Shown in pieces: positions 63,514 through 64,000 of a DNA stretch of 64,000 nt. Source of the DNA: the human T2T-CHM13v2.0 reference genome, Homo sapiens. Below the pieces are notes generated by a model, which did no database searches, was not told the DNA's origin, and was given only the letters and a program-made list of their open reading frames with translations. Within the stretch, counting starts at the first letter, position 1; each line of letters begins with the position of its first letter. The stretch is from the NCBI RefSeq assembly GCF_009914755.1, contig NC_060936.1; one strand, 5' to 3'. The position numbers were made by a program, and so were the translations under genes.

Positions 63514-64000
63514 CTGTAATGTGACTGCCTCCGTTGAGATTGTGATGCCTGGGGCCATGGTCACTCATACCAGCTCAGAGTAAACCTCTTTAAAATATTT
63601 TACAGAGTTTGTTTTTCTTTCATATTTTCATTCTCAGAGGATCCCCAGGAACCTGTGTCAGTAATTCCCTGAAGCCTGTTCTGAAGTTTTATGGAATCAC
63701 CCCTATTGGTTCCATAGGAGAATGACGCAAGGGCGACTACATAAAACAGAGATAGAGTCTTCTCTCTACCTGGGATGCAGCCCCACACCCATCAAAGCTC
63801 CCCTTGGGGAACGAAGCCAAGCAAATAAGAACAACCTTCTTTGTGAGTTTAGATGAATGACATGAGTCAGTCTCTTTATGCCTGGCTAAAACCAGAGAGT
63901 CATTTACTTGTTTAGAGCAGTAGAAACAAAGGCAATTTTGAGCTACCAGAGTGTGAGATTTTGACTTCCTATTGACACTGATCTCTTCCCAAGTTGCATC

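Larger units (their letters stand above)
62400..63625 (+). mobile_element. MER4-group ERV1 LTR interrupted by two Alus
   Basis: 'tgtaaactaaaagtaaatcctaagccccc...ggcaataagataccaaattataaac' and 3' part 'ggccatggtcactcatacc...aaacctctttaaaatattttacagagtttg'. Confidence 0.8.

Overview
Primate (human-like) genomic DNA, moderately AT-rich and CpG-depleted, with no CpG island. I found no supportable intact protein-coding ORF, RNA gene or prokaryotic-type system. The window reads as a large intron or intergenic region dominated by interspersed repeats. These are about 14 Alu elements or fragments, a 2.8-kb 5'-truncated L1PB with target-site duplication (TSD), and several older L1M/L2/MIR fragments. 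There are also many solo LTRs (THE1, MST, MLT1, MLT2, MER4, MER41, LTR9, LTR19) and hAT DNA transposons (MER58, MER91, MER113-like). Protein-like entries in the ORF track come from L1 ORF2, Alu or the GA-rich tract. The best gene-like signal is a 43-nt + strand micro-exon candidate at 60663-60705 that ends exactly on an ATG. The most unusual features are small-scale. They include a two-donor templated insertion with fold-back hairpins (9529-9678) and a 146-bp x3 tandem repeat with two identical units, each carrying AP-1/SOX motifs (55936-56370). There is also an ~80-nt near-perfect hairpin (28025-28104) and a poly(A)-less internal L1 fragment captured inside an MLT1A LTR (29099-29366). I do not see convincing evidence of a new biological system. 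Repeat subfamily names are from recalled consensus sequences and need RepeatMasker/Dfam confirmation; boundaries of old repeats are approximate.
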